Part shown: piece by piece, positions 26,661 through 41,184 of the stretch
Position numbering within the stretch: position 1 is the first letter of the stretch
Layout of the letters: the number at the start of each line of letters is the position of its first letter
NCBI GenBank assembly: GCA_000320545.1
Contig: ADNK01002961.1
Location: 9,262 to 73,261 of the forward strand
Reading direction: 5' to 3'
DNA: 64,000 nucleotides
Source: Bigelowiella natans CCMP2755
Lineage: Eukaryota; Protista; Cercozoa
Made by a program: the position numbers and the translations under genes
Notes under the pieces: generated by a model
Told to the model about the DNA's origin: nothing
The model's input: only the letters and a program-made list of their open reading frames with translations
Databases searched by the model: none

Positions 26661-27761
26661 TGCGTGTCGGCATTCATCCCCTCTTCAATTTGCACGGCAA
26701 CAGCATTAGTCACACTACAGCGCATTGTGCGCACGGCGCGCGGCCATAGCAGCGCGTGCAATAGATGCTTTGCATTACATGCTACAGTGTGCGACGGATG
26801 TAGTGAAATAATTACCTTTTTTTTAAATTGTAAATCTACCAAATACTACAGTGTGTGCCCCAACAAGGTTCTCCTCGATGCACTTGCGCAGCTGCATTAG
26901 CAAGTGTCCCCAAAGTCTAGAAAGTGTGCAGCATGACGAAGCCGGGTATAACAGAACACAGACGTGTTCAATTGATCTCTGTAGTTCATGTGCATGTTGT
27001 ACGTTTGTGTTGGTCATGCACGTGCGCTACTATAAGCAGCCCACATGCACATTGTATTGCTGCGATCGCGTGGGAGACGCACGTTTAGCTACATAAGACC
27101 TGTGCGCATGCACGCAAGTGCATTTAATTTTCCGCCGCGCATGAAAATGCGTCGTCAGCATTCACATGTCATTAACACAAGCTGCAACAGGCAGTAGCAC
27201 TGTTATTGTGGCGACTGGCTGCATGCTAGCATGGAGTGAGCAAGGTGCAGCAGCTCACAGCAGCAATGCGAACACTAAAATTTGTGCAGTCCTCTAGCTA
27301 AGTCGAAACTGAACGTGTATGTGCTGAATTGAAACAAAGCTCACATTTGTAGCAGACGCATAGTACGTACTGCATGATGCATGCATGGTGGTGCACACGT
27401 AGTCACCACGCCAGCCACAAGATTGCTCAACTCACATGCTGCATGCCTGCTAAATTAACACTACGTACAGTGTCATTGATGTGAACAGCAGCAGCATATA
27501 GGCATGTTATTATTGCCATCACGGCATCATTGCTGTGTACACGCACACATGTGCTAGCATGTCTAGATGTGTTACATTAGTGCCAACTGTGTGCTAGGAC
27601 GTTCATATGACCACGGAGGACTGCGCGTGGGGAGGCAGCGTGCTCAATCACCATCAAAATGTTCCGATCTGATGCGCTTATACGCAACCTCTCCGACACT
27701 GGTTTGTGTGTGCTGCTGTCTGACTCAACACCACGGAGACAGCACATCCCCAACCACTGGG

Positions 27762-28137
27762 TCATGCGAGTACTTGAATCTGGAACTCTGGACAACTCGG
27801 ATCTGGCGAGCCCCCCCCCCCCGGGAAATCGATGGCGGTGGCGCGGTACTGATCGAGCCGTGCCGAGAGTCGCTGGACAACGTCCTGGTGAGCTGCCGAG
27901 CACTCGTCTTTCTCGATGGGGTCGTCCACGACGTTGAAGAGCTGAACAGTTTGGTTTTCGCTGCTCCGTCCTCCTGGCAGCTTCGATGTGGCATTCGAAT
28001 ACATGTATGGATACCCTCCAAACCCTTGAATGAGCTTCCAGTCTCCTTGGCGAATGGCATCGTCGTAGGGTTTCCAAGCCTGGTAATGCGCGAGGACATT
28101 GAAGCAATGAGCACAGCGCGGTCAAATACAGCCATAA

Positions 28138-28175
<38 letters not shown>

Positions 28176-28209
28176 CACACTTGTATATTAAAAAAATAGA
28201 TACATATTA

Positions 28210-28251
<42 letters not shown>

Positions 28252-28265
28252 AATTATATGCATGT

Positions 28266-28305
<40 letters not shown>

Positions 28306-29810
28306 AGAACACATGTGTGTATATGTTCTTAGAACACATCACTCGCTGAGGACACCGACAACGCACGCATAGAAATCAAACTCAATGCACCTCCGGATAA
28401 TCGTCATGCCTGCCGTATACAAGCTCGCCCCGGGGTAGGGGAGCGGTTTCTTGCCCCGGGGTCTTGTAGAAATATGGCCAATGAGAAACCCCATCTAGGT
28501 CAAGATCTAACGCCTTGGCGACTTCAGTGGAATTTGTAGCTTCGATCAGCGTAGGCACCCAGTCGGCAGCGTGCATCAGGTTTGAGTAAGTCGCGCTCGG
28601 GGCCGGAGGTTTGCGCTTCGAGCTCCAAAACACAGCCGTACCGCGAGTACCCCCCTCCCAGATCGAGTGCTTTCCTCCCTTGAGCGGGTAGTTGGACGCC
28701 CCGATGGCATCCCCAGTGAATATGGGGCCTTTGCGGGGGAAAAGGGGTGAGTTTGAGAGTTAGGAGGTTTGAATAATGTCGTGTTTTAGAGCCAAGCCTA
28801 CCCCCATTATCCGTGGTAAAGATCACCAGAAGATCATCGGAGAGGCCGCGACTCTTCAGTGCCGCGGTGACGTTTCCAAGACCCTCGTCCATGCACGAAA
28901 GCATGCCGGCGAAGGTCCTCCGCTTCATATCTGGAATGGTGGCGTTGTACCTGAGCGAGATATTTTCAAAACTTAACTCCTTTCTTCAAAGAAAAATGTG
29001 TGGGGAAGGTGGGGAGGGGGGGGGGGGGGGGGGGGATAGGACTAGGGGAGCGGGGGCTTGATTTTTTAATGATGAAAAACTTATTTTTTTTGGAATTTAA
29101 ACGCACCTGTCACGGTAGGACGCCGGGACCTGTGCGGGAGAATGAACTGCCTGGTAGGCAAGATAGAGAAAGAGAGGGCGAGAGGCGTTATGGTTCTCGA
29201 TAACCTTTACCGCTTGCTCACTGAATACTTTCGTAGAGTATCGTCCTTGGGCCTCAACCGCAACACGCGAGCAGCCATTCCCGCAGTTAGGCCCAGCGTC
29301 GTGATGCATATCATAGCCGCCGGCGCTCGTATGCTCGAAGTAGTCCTCCCCGCCGCTGTAAAACCCGTAGAAGGAGTCGAAGCCACGAAACGTCGGCGTG
29401 TGCTTCCATTTGTAGAAACCGAGGTGCCACTTCCCGACGGCGTGCGTCGCGTAGCCGCTTTGCTTGAGGACTTCGGGCAGCAAGGTCTCGTTCAGAGGCA
29501 GAGCGGAGGCTTTTTTCACTTGGATCCAGTCATTGACGGTGTTGTGTAGCGGATACCTGCCCGTCAGGAAGGCCGCGCGGGAGGGGCTGCAAACGGACTG
29601 GACATAGTACTGCGTGAGCTCCAAGCCCCCCTCTCGCAGCGCATCAACGTTCGGGGTAAGAATTTCGTGCGACCTGAACCCGACATCGTGCCACCCCAGG
29701 TCGTCCACAACCACCCAAAGCACGTTGGGCTGAGTAGGGATGGAGGCCGGGCTCGCAGCGGGCAAAGCGCTGGCTAGGAGGAGCGAAAGGAGGGCGTTCA
29801 TGTTGGCCAT
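27762..29810 (-). CDS. Secreted arylsulfatase (S1 formylglycine-dependent, arylsulfatase B/I/J-like), multi-exon
   Basis: Signal peptide, VVDDLGWHD, catalytic CSPSR...LTGRY, GKWHLG, YQAVHSP, IFTTDNGG, NYPLKGGK, HAADWVPTL. Confidence 0.92.
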
Positions 29811-30464
29811 CCCCGCTCGAATCTACTGTTTTACTGTGCTTAGGAGTGTACCCACCAACAGACACCGATGTTGTATGTCGCCTTGTCAATCGGTGTTTGT
29901 CTCGGTGTTTTCGGCGGTTTCTACTCGTATTATATTATTGGCATAGTACATGTAGATCAACGTTACATGTCCATTTCCATTGATTTCCTGATTTCCTGGA
30001 TTTCCTGGATTTCCTTCATGTCGGACGAACGCCAAGCAGTCTTCGGCCTGGCTGGCGGCGGAGCAATTTTGAGCGAGCTAGACCCTAGGGCCATGTCGCA
30101 GAAGAGAAACGGCAAGCGATTCTGATATCCCACGCTATTTTCAAAAGACCCGGCACAAAATCCGATGTCTCTCGCTGGAAAGGAACGGCGAATTCCGGGA
30201 ATTCGACTTTGGATTTTATGAAGTTATGCCAAGTCGACTTTGGTCCAAATCGTCAGTAAAATGGGGTGAATTAGCATGTCGCACGTGGAAAATTCCCATT
30301 GTTTCTTTCCACATTTTTTGGCCCTTTCCATCGTAGATCTCTACACGCCTTCATCTCATCCTGCAAACAACATTTCAACAAGGAAAAGCTGCCGCTGAGA
30401 TCGTTCCAGGGCGCTGAAGGCACTGCTTCTTAGCTTCGTTTATTGTGCGGTCTTAGTGCCCTGG

Positions 30465-33070
30465 ATGGAGGAAGATCTGAAGGCGTTCTGGAAATCAGCT
30501 GAGATCAGCAATACATGGCAAAATGGAGGTTCGGTTAGAAGTAAGTTCTCAATTGGCTCTAGTTTGCATCCCCAACAGGTTTTCGTAACAGTGTTGTCCT
30601 TTGTTACTTTTACACTTATTACCCACCTTGATTCCGGCATGATAGTGTTCTCGTTTTATACACTATAGGAAACTAGGCCTAGGCAAGGCCGTGAATGGGA
30701 AGCTATACCAGTCCGATTTTTCAATAACCCAACCCAAAAACACGCCTTTCTTTGTCTATACCTACAAAGCGATAATTCCAAGTTAAGGTTTAGCTCCGAA
30801 AATGCGAGGGAAAAAACTTTATTTCGCGCAGCGAAGTGTTCCAAAAAATCCACTAGGAAAACAGTTTTGGAAACTACCATCGAAATGTTCTGCAATGAAA
30901 ATAGTGCAATCAAGGCTATAGTTACTGTGTCATCTAGAGAAAATTCTAAGGGTAGTGAAAATACGATCCAAGTGCAAGCTTCCGAGGGAAAATCAGACAC
31001 GTTGCATTCAGACCAAAGATCAACTGGAAGAGCCCGTTTCGCCGCTGTATACCTCCACGGATGGATTAATGTTAAAGTGAAGATATCATCGAGCAGTTCC
31101 TTCGATTTCAAAAATTACAGAATCGCTGATGTGAGAATAGAAGATCAAGATGGCTGCTCCTATGGAAAGGTGTAAATTTAGAAACATTGCATGTTGTCGC
31201 AGGATACCTTTCAATGCTTATCTCATGATTACATTATTTGGTTTGTGGCGATTATTTAAGTTCGCTCTCAGTTGCATAATATATGATATAAGACCCTCAA
31301 CCTAAATCTTTAGTTTGCTTGTATTAATTTTCAAATGCACAGGATTCTGTCCCAATCGACAGCAGAAAGCGTGAAAGAGAGGTCCAAGCAAACGATAGAC
31401 CAAAGGGAAATATTGTAATAACATTTGAAGCCTCAATTCCAGAGGATCAGCATCATCTCTTAGTCAAGCGCTGCTCCCAAGGAGGAAATCCTGAAGATCG
31501 TATAAAGTTCAAAATAAGCACCGACTTTACAAACACGCTGCGAAACGATGGACACATAGTCGATGTTGTTGAGGTAAGTTCTTTGGGAGAAGGATCAGCC
31601 AGTAGCCATAGTGAAGATACTATTGTCTCGAATGTGGTTGAAAAGATATGGATAGTCTGTTTTAGATTCGATAAGGCTTACCATGATGAGAATGGGTTGT
31701 CTTCTGCAGACGTCAAAAAATGTACAGATGCTTGCATTATAGCACATCAAAAACTTTTTAATTCGCAACCTAAGAATGTCGCAACGAAAAGCGGAAGTAT
31801 CATTGTAAGTTTTAAGATTACAAACGATCAAGTGCTTTCTTTTATTCAAAAACGGCTGGCCTTTCGAGATTTCTTCATCAAAAGTAGCCGCATTAAGAAT
31901 GGCGACGGTACAACTTATTCGTAATATCTTCATTTGACTAGAGTAAAAACTATCTTTATACACAGGTGAAGCATACGACAAGGGCATGGTGCCTACAATG
32001 AGCATCTGGAATCAAAGCACTGCACGTCTGCAAACAAAAGGGGGCTTTCCAAAAAGGGTTCAGATTCAGCTTGCTTGTCCAGATCAAAAGACAGCGAGGA
32101 GTATCATCAGAGACATCAAGGAGAAGGAAGGAGTGTGGAGTAGATTTTCTATCAATGTAACTTTTTAACTTATCAATGTAACTTATGAGCTAATTTTTTC
32201 ATGAAATTCTGGAGGGTTGTTACAGATGATATCATGTGCTTTTGTTTCCTGACTTTTGCATAGGCCATTTTCATTGACGGGGAAAGGCTCATCATCTACA
32301 ACCCAATGGAAGTGGAGGAGGAAGAAAAAGTATGCTAGGGATAATTATGTTAGATGAAAAGAGATCACGTGAATACATATATGTACATGTATTTAAATAA
32401 AAATGTATTGACTAAAACAAGCAATAATATACATATCGTGTTTGCGTTTGGTTGTATACAATGGGGAAGGAGAGGGCCGAAAGAGAGGAAACTGTCATGG
32501 AAAAGAAGGAGGAGGATTGCAAGGCAAATGTAAATCATTTTCCCTTTTCAAAATAAATACCTTTCCCTTTGTAAACAGAGGCCCGTTTCGAACACGAGCC
32601 AATACTACATCAAATACCTACTTAACCTCGCTTTATTTGGAAATCATAATTACATCGTCTGAAACTTTATGGTAGGGGGGGGGGGGAATGGGGTTAATAT
32701 TGTTTGATATTTGTGACAACACTTTGGTTTTGCAGCTTCTACATATTGCGGCTAAATTCGGAAAGGTCGGTGAAATACGTTCTCTGATTGAAAACAATGC
32801 TGACGTCGAGGCCAGAGAATATAGAGGGTGGACACCGCTGCACCATGCTGCTAAAGAGGGTCGAGTAAATGCCGTTAGGTTTCTCGTTGAAGAGGCCAAA
32901 GCCAGTATCGGGGCTCAATGTAAATCGGGAAGAACACCTTACGATGTCGCAACCGACAAAACCATCATGAAGTATCTGGTAAAACATTATAATACGATTG
33001 GTTCGGTACAGATTCGGAGCTTTGACATGAATACATTTATGTATTTTATATATTTATATTATATATTTAT

Positions 33071-33135
<65 letters not shown>

Positions 33136-33754
33136 TGAGGGGGACAAAATATAATGCGCGTCTACACATATAATTGGAATTAATGGACAGATATTTATAT
33201 ATTTACTAATAGTATTTCTGGCCATGGCGGCTATATAGATGTCACAGCCGTCTCCGCAGACTAGTGATGGGAAAAACGCCTTGAGCGTTGCCAGGCACTC
33301 CTGCAATTCTGAGCGTGTGGAATCTCTAGAATCAAGCAAAATTCCAAAAGATAATGTGTCAGGATCTGGGTCATTTTGGAAGAGATATGGGCTCGGTGCG
33401 ATTTGGGTGACAGCAGCACCAATTGTATATACAACAACAGTGGTGGCGGCAGGGGTAACTACAGCGGCAGGGGTTACTACAGGGGCGACGATAGCCGCTC
33501 CAGCTGCTGCATTGGGGGCTAGCGCATATTGTGTAGTTAAGGGAGTCAAAGAGATATGGAAAGCGTACGTAGCGCCGAGGGAGAAGCAGTCCCTTGAAAA
33601 TGAAAAGCTCACAGCTCAAGATGAGAAACAAAAAAGCAAAGGTGATCATTATGGCGTAGCTGCGAATCTAGGGAATACGGCACGCAAAAATTCTGAGAGC
33701 AGGATGAACTCCTCGCTTTGTCATGCAATGCCTGGTTGTCCAAATGCTGAATGA
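30465..33754 (+). CDS. Multi-exon ankyrin-repeat protein with an unrecognised N-terminal region and a C-terminal small-residue hydrophobic segment
   Basis: LHIAAKFG...GWTPLHHAAKEG...GRTPYDVA at 32735-33006. Upstream exons (30465-32330) and last exon 33239-33754 can be joined through GT-AG sites, but the linkage is not certain. Confidence 0.6.
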
Positions 33755-34703
33755 ACTTTGGAATGGGTCAGCATTGGAGCGAATTTCAACGCACAATGTG
33801 TCAGGACCTGGCTAGCTGGGTCGTTTTCGAAGAGACATGGAGTCAATGCCTCGATCGCGGAGCGCCGAAGAAGAATCAGTCTCTTGAAAATTGAAGCTCG
33901 GAGTTCAAGACGAGAAACTAAAATGAATATGAACCGCTGCATGCACAGTTGTCATAGCAGACGTGCAGAATGCAACATTGCATGGCGCCGTCGTGTCTAT
34001 TGCGTTTCGTCGTTTCAATGGCTGTGGACAAAGTGCACACCCTCGCGTCATTTGTCAGTATCAGTTGTAGTATGATGAAATGACAAATGCGTGCAGCTGA
34101 GTTCACATTAAACAGCAATCGCCGTGCTAGCAACGTGTCCAATCAGCTGCTGTTCCTTTGCGCATGCGCATACGAGTTTGCGCATTTTCTGTTATTGTTC
34201 AAGCAGCATGCATTGAAAACATGTTGCAAACAAGTGAGAAGTGATTTTTGCATTTTCTGTGTTCACATGGTAACTACAACATGCACGTAACGTCTAGTCA
34301 AACAGAATCAGGCGCACAATTGCATGGCCACGTTCTCCTTGTCTTTTCCCCTCATTGGTCTGATTGCATTTCTCACAAGCACATGCATGTGAACATGAAC
34401 CAATGAATAGCTGAGCGATCAATGCCAAATTCCATGTGATGCACATGTCATTCGTAACGCTTTCATGGAAGGCCAGATCAAAATGTTCTTGAGAGCACAA
34501 CATGATAAAAAGGCCTCTTTCTGCGGCGAAATGATTGCTATTCCAGCGGCCTACAGCGCCGCACATTTGCATGACCACAAATCATGTGACGGAATGCTGT
34601 CAGCAGTGAGTGGCGCTCAATGCAACTTGACGATCATTCTAGCATTGTTTTACAGGTTTTGTTACTTTCAAGGTGTTTGTAGTAGACCCTTTCAGTGCTC
34701 TCT

Positions 34704-35481
34704 TCAAACGACCATGCTGTCCCTGCTAGGAGCTACGGAGCCTCTGTGATCCATGTCCGATCCCAACACAACCCCATTCTCCTCCATCTAGAACCATCAA
34801 AGAGGAAGATTATTTGCTTGTGGATGTAATGTTCGGAGATTTGTGTGCAGAGTTTTATTGCAGTCCAACATAAGGGGGGGGGGGGAGGTACACCTGCACG
34901 GCTGCAGCAATGCGCCTCTGGCTGAAGATGTACACATCCGCATCCTTTCTTTTTTGCTTGTTCCTTCGTCGAATACAAGCCAGAAGCTGATGATTGCCAA
35001 GGTGTGCGTGTGTTAACGATGCGTCCAATGATCGATCGTTAGAATTAGAGGAATGAAATGCTTACAATGCAACAACAGCAGCAGAGCAGAAGGAGGACAC
35101 CAGCACAAACTAAGATGAGAAGTAGCACCTGAATGAACACGGATCATGAGCTCATATCATCATATCAAGCACATCGGGCAGATTGTAAATTGCGTTTTTC
35201 AGACGCGAAAAGTGGGAAATGAGATCCACTCCAGGTCGACCACTCCATAGACTCTCTCAAATAATAAAATATTGAATGGCACATAAAGATTATTGTCACC
35301 GTGAGCCCCCCTCCTCCACCGCCATTTGAATCTGCGTCCAAGAGCGTGGTATTAGTGCTGTTTGCTGTCGTCGGGCTCAGCGTGGGCGCCTAAGTGTTTG
35401 GTTGTATGTATGCGTAAATTCGGACCGAAATAACGGTGGAGTTCTAGATATGTACAGAGACAGAATCATATAATATATATT

Positions 35482-35520
<39 letters not shown>

Positions 35521-35598
35521 CTATATATCAAATGTATACTAACATATATAATATTGATTCTCAAAGCTACGTCCAGAATATATAATTTTATATAAAAT

Positions 35599-35638
<40 letters not shown>

Positions 35639-36779
35639 TATTTATTCACACTATACATATTATTTATAGACGTTTGATTCTCAAAGCTGCGCTTTGCTTC
35701 AAAAAGAGGACTTACCGCAATTGTAGGCGAACTTGATAAGAATGCAGCGGATGGTGCTTGGGTGTGATTGTATGTCATAGACGTCGGCGCCTGTGAGAAT
35801 ATTGGCGAAGTGGAAGGATACAGTGTGGGATTCACTGTTGGGACGCGTGATGGAGAGGATGATGGATCGATCGATGGCGCCATTGTTGGGCCGAATGATG
35901 GCGACGCTGTAGGTACCATCGAGGGATTAATTGTCGGACTAATTGATGGAGAGGATGAAGGACTTAAAGATGGTGCCGTTGTTGGCCCGAATGATGGCGA
36001 CGCTGTGGGAGTCATTGAAGGGTTAGATGTTGGATTAATTGACGGAGAGGATGAGGGACTTATAGATGGCGCCGTTGTTGGCCCGAATGATGGCGACGCT
36101 GTGGGAGTCATTGAAGGGTTAGATGTTGGATTAATTGACGGAGAGGATGAGGGACTTATAGATGGCGCCGTTGTTGGCCCGAATGATGGCGACGCTGTAG
36201 GAATCATCGAGGGATTTGTTGTCGGACTAATTGATGGAGAAGATGAAGAATAGACAGCGACTGTTGGACTGGAAGATGGTGAGGCTGTAGGAAATACCGA
36301 AGGGTTACTTGTTGGGTTAAGAGACGGCGAGGATGAGGGACTTATAGATGGCGCCGTTGTTGGCCCGAATGATGGCGACGCTGTGGGAGTCATTGAAGGG
36401 TTACTTGTTGGGTTAAGAGATGGAGAGGATGAAGGACTTATAGATGGCGCCATTGTTGGGCCGAATGATGGCGACGCTGTAGGAATCATCGAGGGATTAA
36501 TTGTCGGACTAATTGATGGAGAAGATGAAGGACTTAAAGATGGTGCCATTGTTGGCGATGCTGATGGGTTCGCCGTAGCACAAGGATCTGTCCCAAACCT
36601 CGGAAGCTGCGAAGATATGAGGGCGCTAGAAGTGGAGAAGTCGTTGTAACTTTGAACACTACCAACGCACCAGCCACTGAGATCCTATATTCGTGTACAC
36701 GATGAAATCATAAACGCTTATTTTTGGCAAGACAAAGACAATGCGAGCGTGAAACTAAATAGAGAGAGAAATAGAGAGA

Positions 36780-36822
<43 letters not shown>

Positions 36823-37564
36823 TAGGATAAAAACTATTATATTCTTCTACAGCGAGAGGGCCAAGTGCTCTCCTAGCTTGCAGGGACCCTTTCCCCTCTG
36901 CAAACACAGTGGGACTCTAGGTTTGCAGTACCTGACTAAATACGGATGCTCCGTTGAACGTGTGCGCCATGCTCGAGACCGACTGAACGTTCCAACTAGT
37001 AACACTTTGATTGAACGCCGAAGCTTGGTAAAACATGCTTTCCATCGTCGTGACTGCACTCACATCCCAGCTACCAATGGCCCCATTAAATGCGGAGGCC
37101 TGGTAGAACATCTTGTCCATCATTGCGACCTTGCTAGTGTTCCAAGTGGCGACGTTGCCATTGAACGAAGCTGCGTTATCGAACATCTGCGTCATGGTTG
37201 TGACTTTGGAGGTGTCCCAGCCGCTGAGGTCTCGGTTGAACGAGCTGGCACCGCGAAACGTTTGGTACATGTTGGTAACACTAGATACATCCCATCCCGA
37301 AATGTCTTCGTTGAAGGAGCTCCTCCCGTTGAACAGGCCATTCAATGAAGTGACATCACCGGTGTACCAATTGACAATGGGGCCGTACTGCGCCTCGGCG
37401 CCGACTTTGTACCCGAACCAGTAGCTCACTGCTGCAGTTATGGTGCCATCGGTTATGGGGTCGCAGTCCACATTGCCCGTGTTCGTGGTTGTGCATGCAG
37501 CACTAGACAGGAGGCAAAGGCTTGTTGTGAGAGCCTGTAGCACTGGACGACTCTGCCGGGGCAT
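34704..37564 (-). CDS. Type I surface protein: signal peptide, DUF285/BspA-like repeats (WDVSxVTxM), Ser/Pro/Thr stalk, TM with Cys cluster, short tail
   Basis: Repeats FNxDxSGWD(V/T)SxVTxMxxxF, long SPSxxPT array, exon [21 protein letters not shown] then [14 protein letters not shown]. Confidence 0.85.
35850..36560 (-). repeat. 96-bp (32-aa) coding tandem repeat, mucin-like stalk
   Basis: [32 protein letters not shown] units, with gatgg(c/t)gcc anchors spaced 96 bp apart. Confidence 0.9.
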
Positions 37565-38277
37565 CGAGAGGCCCCCTTTCAATTGTAGAGCACCGTGGTT
37601 ACCGGACGTTTACGCAAAACCGATTGCCTTGTCGCAGGATCAGGACCTGCGCGAATCCTCCGCGTTTTGCTCGTGCGCATTTCCCTCCGCGCGTGCCTTT
37701 CTGGCTCTGGCTTCTCACGAGGCAAAATTTAGCATATTTTACGTAATTATGTCCTCGAGGCCTTGAGCATGGACGAGCCTGGACAGTGCGTTTCGTTTCT
37801 GTTTCTTGAATCTTAAAAAGACGACAAGGCTCCGAGCGCTTTTTTTTTTCCTTATTTTGTCGAGTTACCCAATACAGATGGAGATTTTGAACAGCGACAA
37901 CGATTACGACAGCATTTTGCACTTCGTAGTTGCTCCGACACGATCTGCATTCCAAGAAGTCGTGACGACAAAGAAAGTCGGGTTGTCGTACCTAATTTTT
38001 GCGGCTTTATCTTTTCCAGAAAAACTGCGCTTGACCGAAGCGCGTGGGGTTCGAAGTGTTCGGAGAATGTGTTCTGCATAATTTGGCGGTGATTCTAGAC
38101 TGCGACAATGAATGTAGTTTGTCGTAGTATAAAAACATGATATTTTTCTTCCTTCCTCTGGTAGTCATCATCATAACCCATCCGCCCCTCCTCCGTTCGC
38201 ACCATTCGTACTACCTCGAGAAGAGCAAACTAGTCTTAGATTCGAGAGGCATTCTCCTGTTTCCGTAAAAGTAATCA

Positions 38278-39285
38278 TTGGATCGTCAATCTCCTTCGTC
38301 AGGAGGTCGTTTCAGGTCTCTCCTCCCAAGGAATCCCCATTTGCTTTTCCATGATCATATCCATTCTCAGCGTGTGAAGAACCGCACTCGGCAGTATAAG
38401 CGACGCCTTAGTCTTCGAGCAAAGAGGCGATTTTCTGCTCAGCGGTATGTTCCATCGGACCAGTGGTACCGCAAACCGAACACTCGGCATGACAGCTACA
38501 AGTGAGTCAGCTGCCCTTCCCCAAGTTCCAGCGATCACCATCGCTTGTCGCGGTTTCGATGCGCAGCGGGGAAAAAACTTCCTTGAAACGGCATGCATGC
38601 TCACTTGTTTCCATCGTTGGTGTGTGCTTTCGGTTGAAAGGTTTCCTGCAGATGTAATCGAGGCTTTGCGCCAAGAGCAGCAATGTGATCGAAAAATGCT
38701 ACAGAGAGGGGAAGACAACAGAAATTTATCGAAGACTGTCTTAAAGCCGCCTTCAAGTAGCGTCAATAACGAGTGTCGTTTGAAGCGAATCTCCCGCCGA
38801 CACCGAGCAAGACGCCCTGATAGACCAACAAAGCGCGGCTCTCTTCTACCTCTTTCACTCCAGGTAGCTCATACGCATTCAAACAGATCACATGTGTGTG
38901 TGTGTGTGTGTGCGTGTGTGGTTGTGTGTCTTTGTGTGCGCTGTGGTATGATGGAAGAGATACACAGTTGACAAGGCCAAAAAAACGTATGAATGGCATT
39001 ACATCGACAAAGATAACACACGCGCACAAACGCACTACATGTACAATACTTAAGAGGAGACCTTAGCGAGTTTGCGAATTAACTTACACTTTGAATACAG
39101 ACTCTCAGTGTAGTAGGAGATGGAAAGGAAACTAGACCGCCCCCCCCTCCTGCAGCTCCGTGGACACCCAGTAATCCAAGCTCGACGTTGATCTCAAGTA
39201 GATTTTCATCATATCGAGCACATCTTCTTTAGAAAGAACATGCCTTTGACTAGATCCATACAACACACACACACACACACACACA

Positions 39286-39326
<41 letters not shown>

Positions 39327-39853
39327 CACAGAACAATATATAGCCGATATAGAGTCTCTCATAGACTAGAAGCCTTTCGAGCTGTGCCCCCACATCTCTT
39401 TTCACTAACCGTGTGTCGCACTGCCGCTGCCTGTTGGCACGCGTGTTGATAGCATATAGTCGGCACGATACTAAACACGGGGCCGATTATCGGAGAAGAA
39501 ACAGCGGCAGAGGCTTTCCCAGAAACCATACTTATGGCACCAACGAACTCAACGGTTTCGATCAGAACGCACAGGGGGCCGAAGGTCCTCGTGGAGATGA
39601 CAACGTTTTCTCGAAAACCCCGCAAGCCAGCGACTCCGCATCCGTGATGTCGCAGGTAAAGAATTTGTGGATTGGTGCAAGTGCGGAACCCATGAGTTAC
39701 AGCGACAGCCCCCCCCCTCCTCGAAAGACAAACACTCAGATTCGACCAATGATGTTGTGCACGCGAAGGCACACGAATGAACATACGCACGCATTTGCAT
39801 TGTCCCATCAACAAACAGAGATATCTTGTATGTATTTATTAATATTAAATATG

Positions 39854-39892
<39 letters not shown>

Positions 39893-40395
39893 TTGTACAG
39901 ATTCGAATACACAGTTGATGTCGTTGTTATGACACTGAAACGACCCCCTCCTCGATCCTCGCGCAACAACAGGCTCATGCCCAAGCCCATTCGCATCTCA
40001 GCATTCCACAGCTGCGCCAACGAAGAGAGGCTGCCTCTGGCTTTTTCTCAGACACAACCGTGGGCAGAGTGCAATCCGAAGTCTCCCAACCAGCGGAAAC
40101 GCGTTGGGACAATGATGACGAGGCTCAAATTAACAGGAGCGAGGCACTGCTGCGCAGTAGGAGACCCTCTAGCATCACTCCAAGCTCGCCGCGCTCATTA
40201 TCTCCCGACACTCACATCTTTTCAAGGTCGAAGAATGACTTGATTTCACCACTCCCGCACCGCCGCAGCAGCGTCCCACAGGATGATGCACTCCGCGAAG
40301 AGAGAGCTGGGAGGCGTCTGAGTCGGCCCATCGGAAAGATTCTACCTTTGAACATTAGACGACGAAGATGGAGGCACTGCTTTCATTGCGCATAG
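38278..40395 (+). CDS. Hypothetical multi-exon protein
   Basis: Coding-like segments separated by microsatellite-bearing introns; no recognisable domain; boundaries uncertain. Confidence 0.35.
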
Positions 40396-41184
40396 ACGTG
40401 ATGCGAAGACGGTACTCGCATGTACATCTTGGCAGCTACCGGTGCGCATGCCTTGGTGGAATGCCGCGTCTAGCTCTTGAGCGCTGGCGCTGTGACTCCT
40501 TCTAGCCTTCTCTTGATGCACTGTAAGGGTAGCATTGCAAATCATGAGCTTTTCAAACAACGAACAGGTGTGCATGTCATGATGTGGTGCAAGCCAGCAT
40601 GCATCTCCACAATTGCGCTGCATCGAGACACCATGCGCATGCAAACAAGAAGCATGCCCATTGCACAGCTGCACAGTGACAACGACAACATCCATGAGCT
40701 AGTGATTGTTTGGTGATGTCTAGATGTTCTTGCCATGCGAGCTAACTAGCAAGCGGTACGATGCTCTAGCTAGCTAGTGCTTGCAAATGCACAAAAATCT
40801 AGACATGCGAAGAAATTGCACGACATGTGTGCTGAGAGTGTGACGCAATGATCTGCAAGTCCGATTTCAGCAGCAGCAACTCCATCGCAGCGTCAAATTG
40901 TGATGATCGAATGAGTGTGTGATGCCACATTTCACAACATCACAACATTTGAGAATTCCACGTGACTGGATCACACATGAATTCTTTGACAATCTGCAAT
41001 TTCCACATGCATGGCCAAGTTGCAGTTGGTTTTCTCAGGCACAAACCAGCAAAGTGATGGGCTTCCGTCGGAACAAGTGACCACATTTGATGCAGATTTG
41101 AAGCGGTCACATTCAGATTTACTGAAACGAATTTTGAGACAAAAAAACACATCATGCTCGCAACCAATCATCATGTCAACGTGA

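Noticed and set aside
35850-36560. Regularly spaced repeats as a possible CRISPR array
   Set aside because: No unique spacers; an in-frame coding tandem repeat in a eukaryotic gene.
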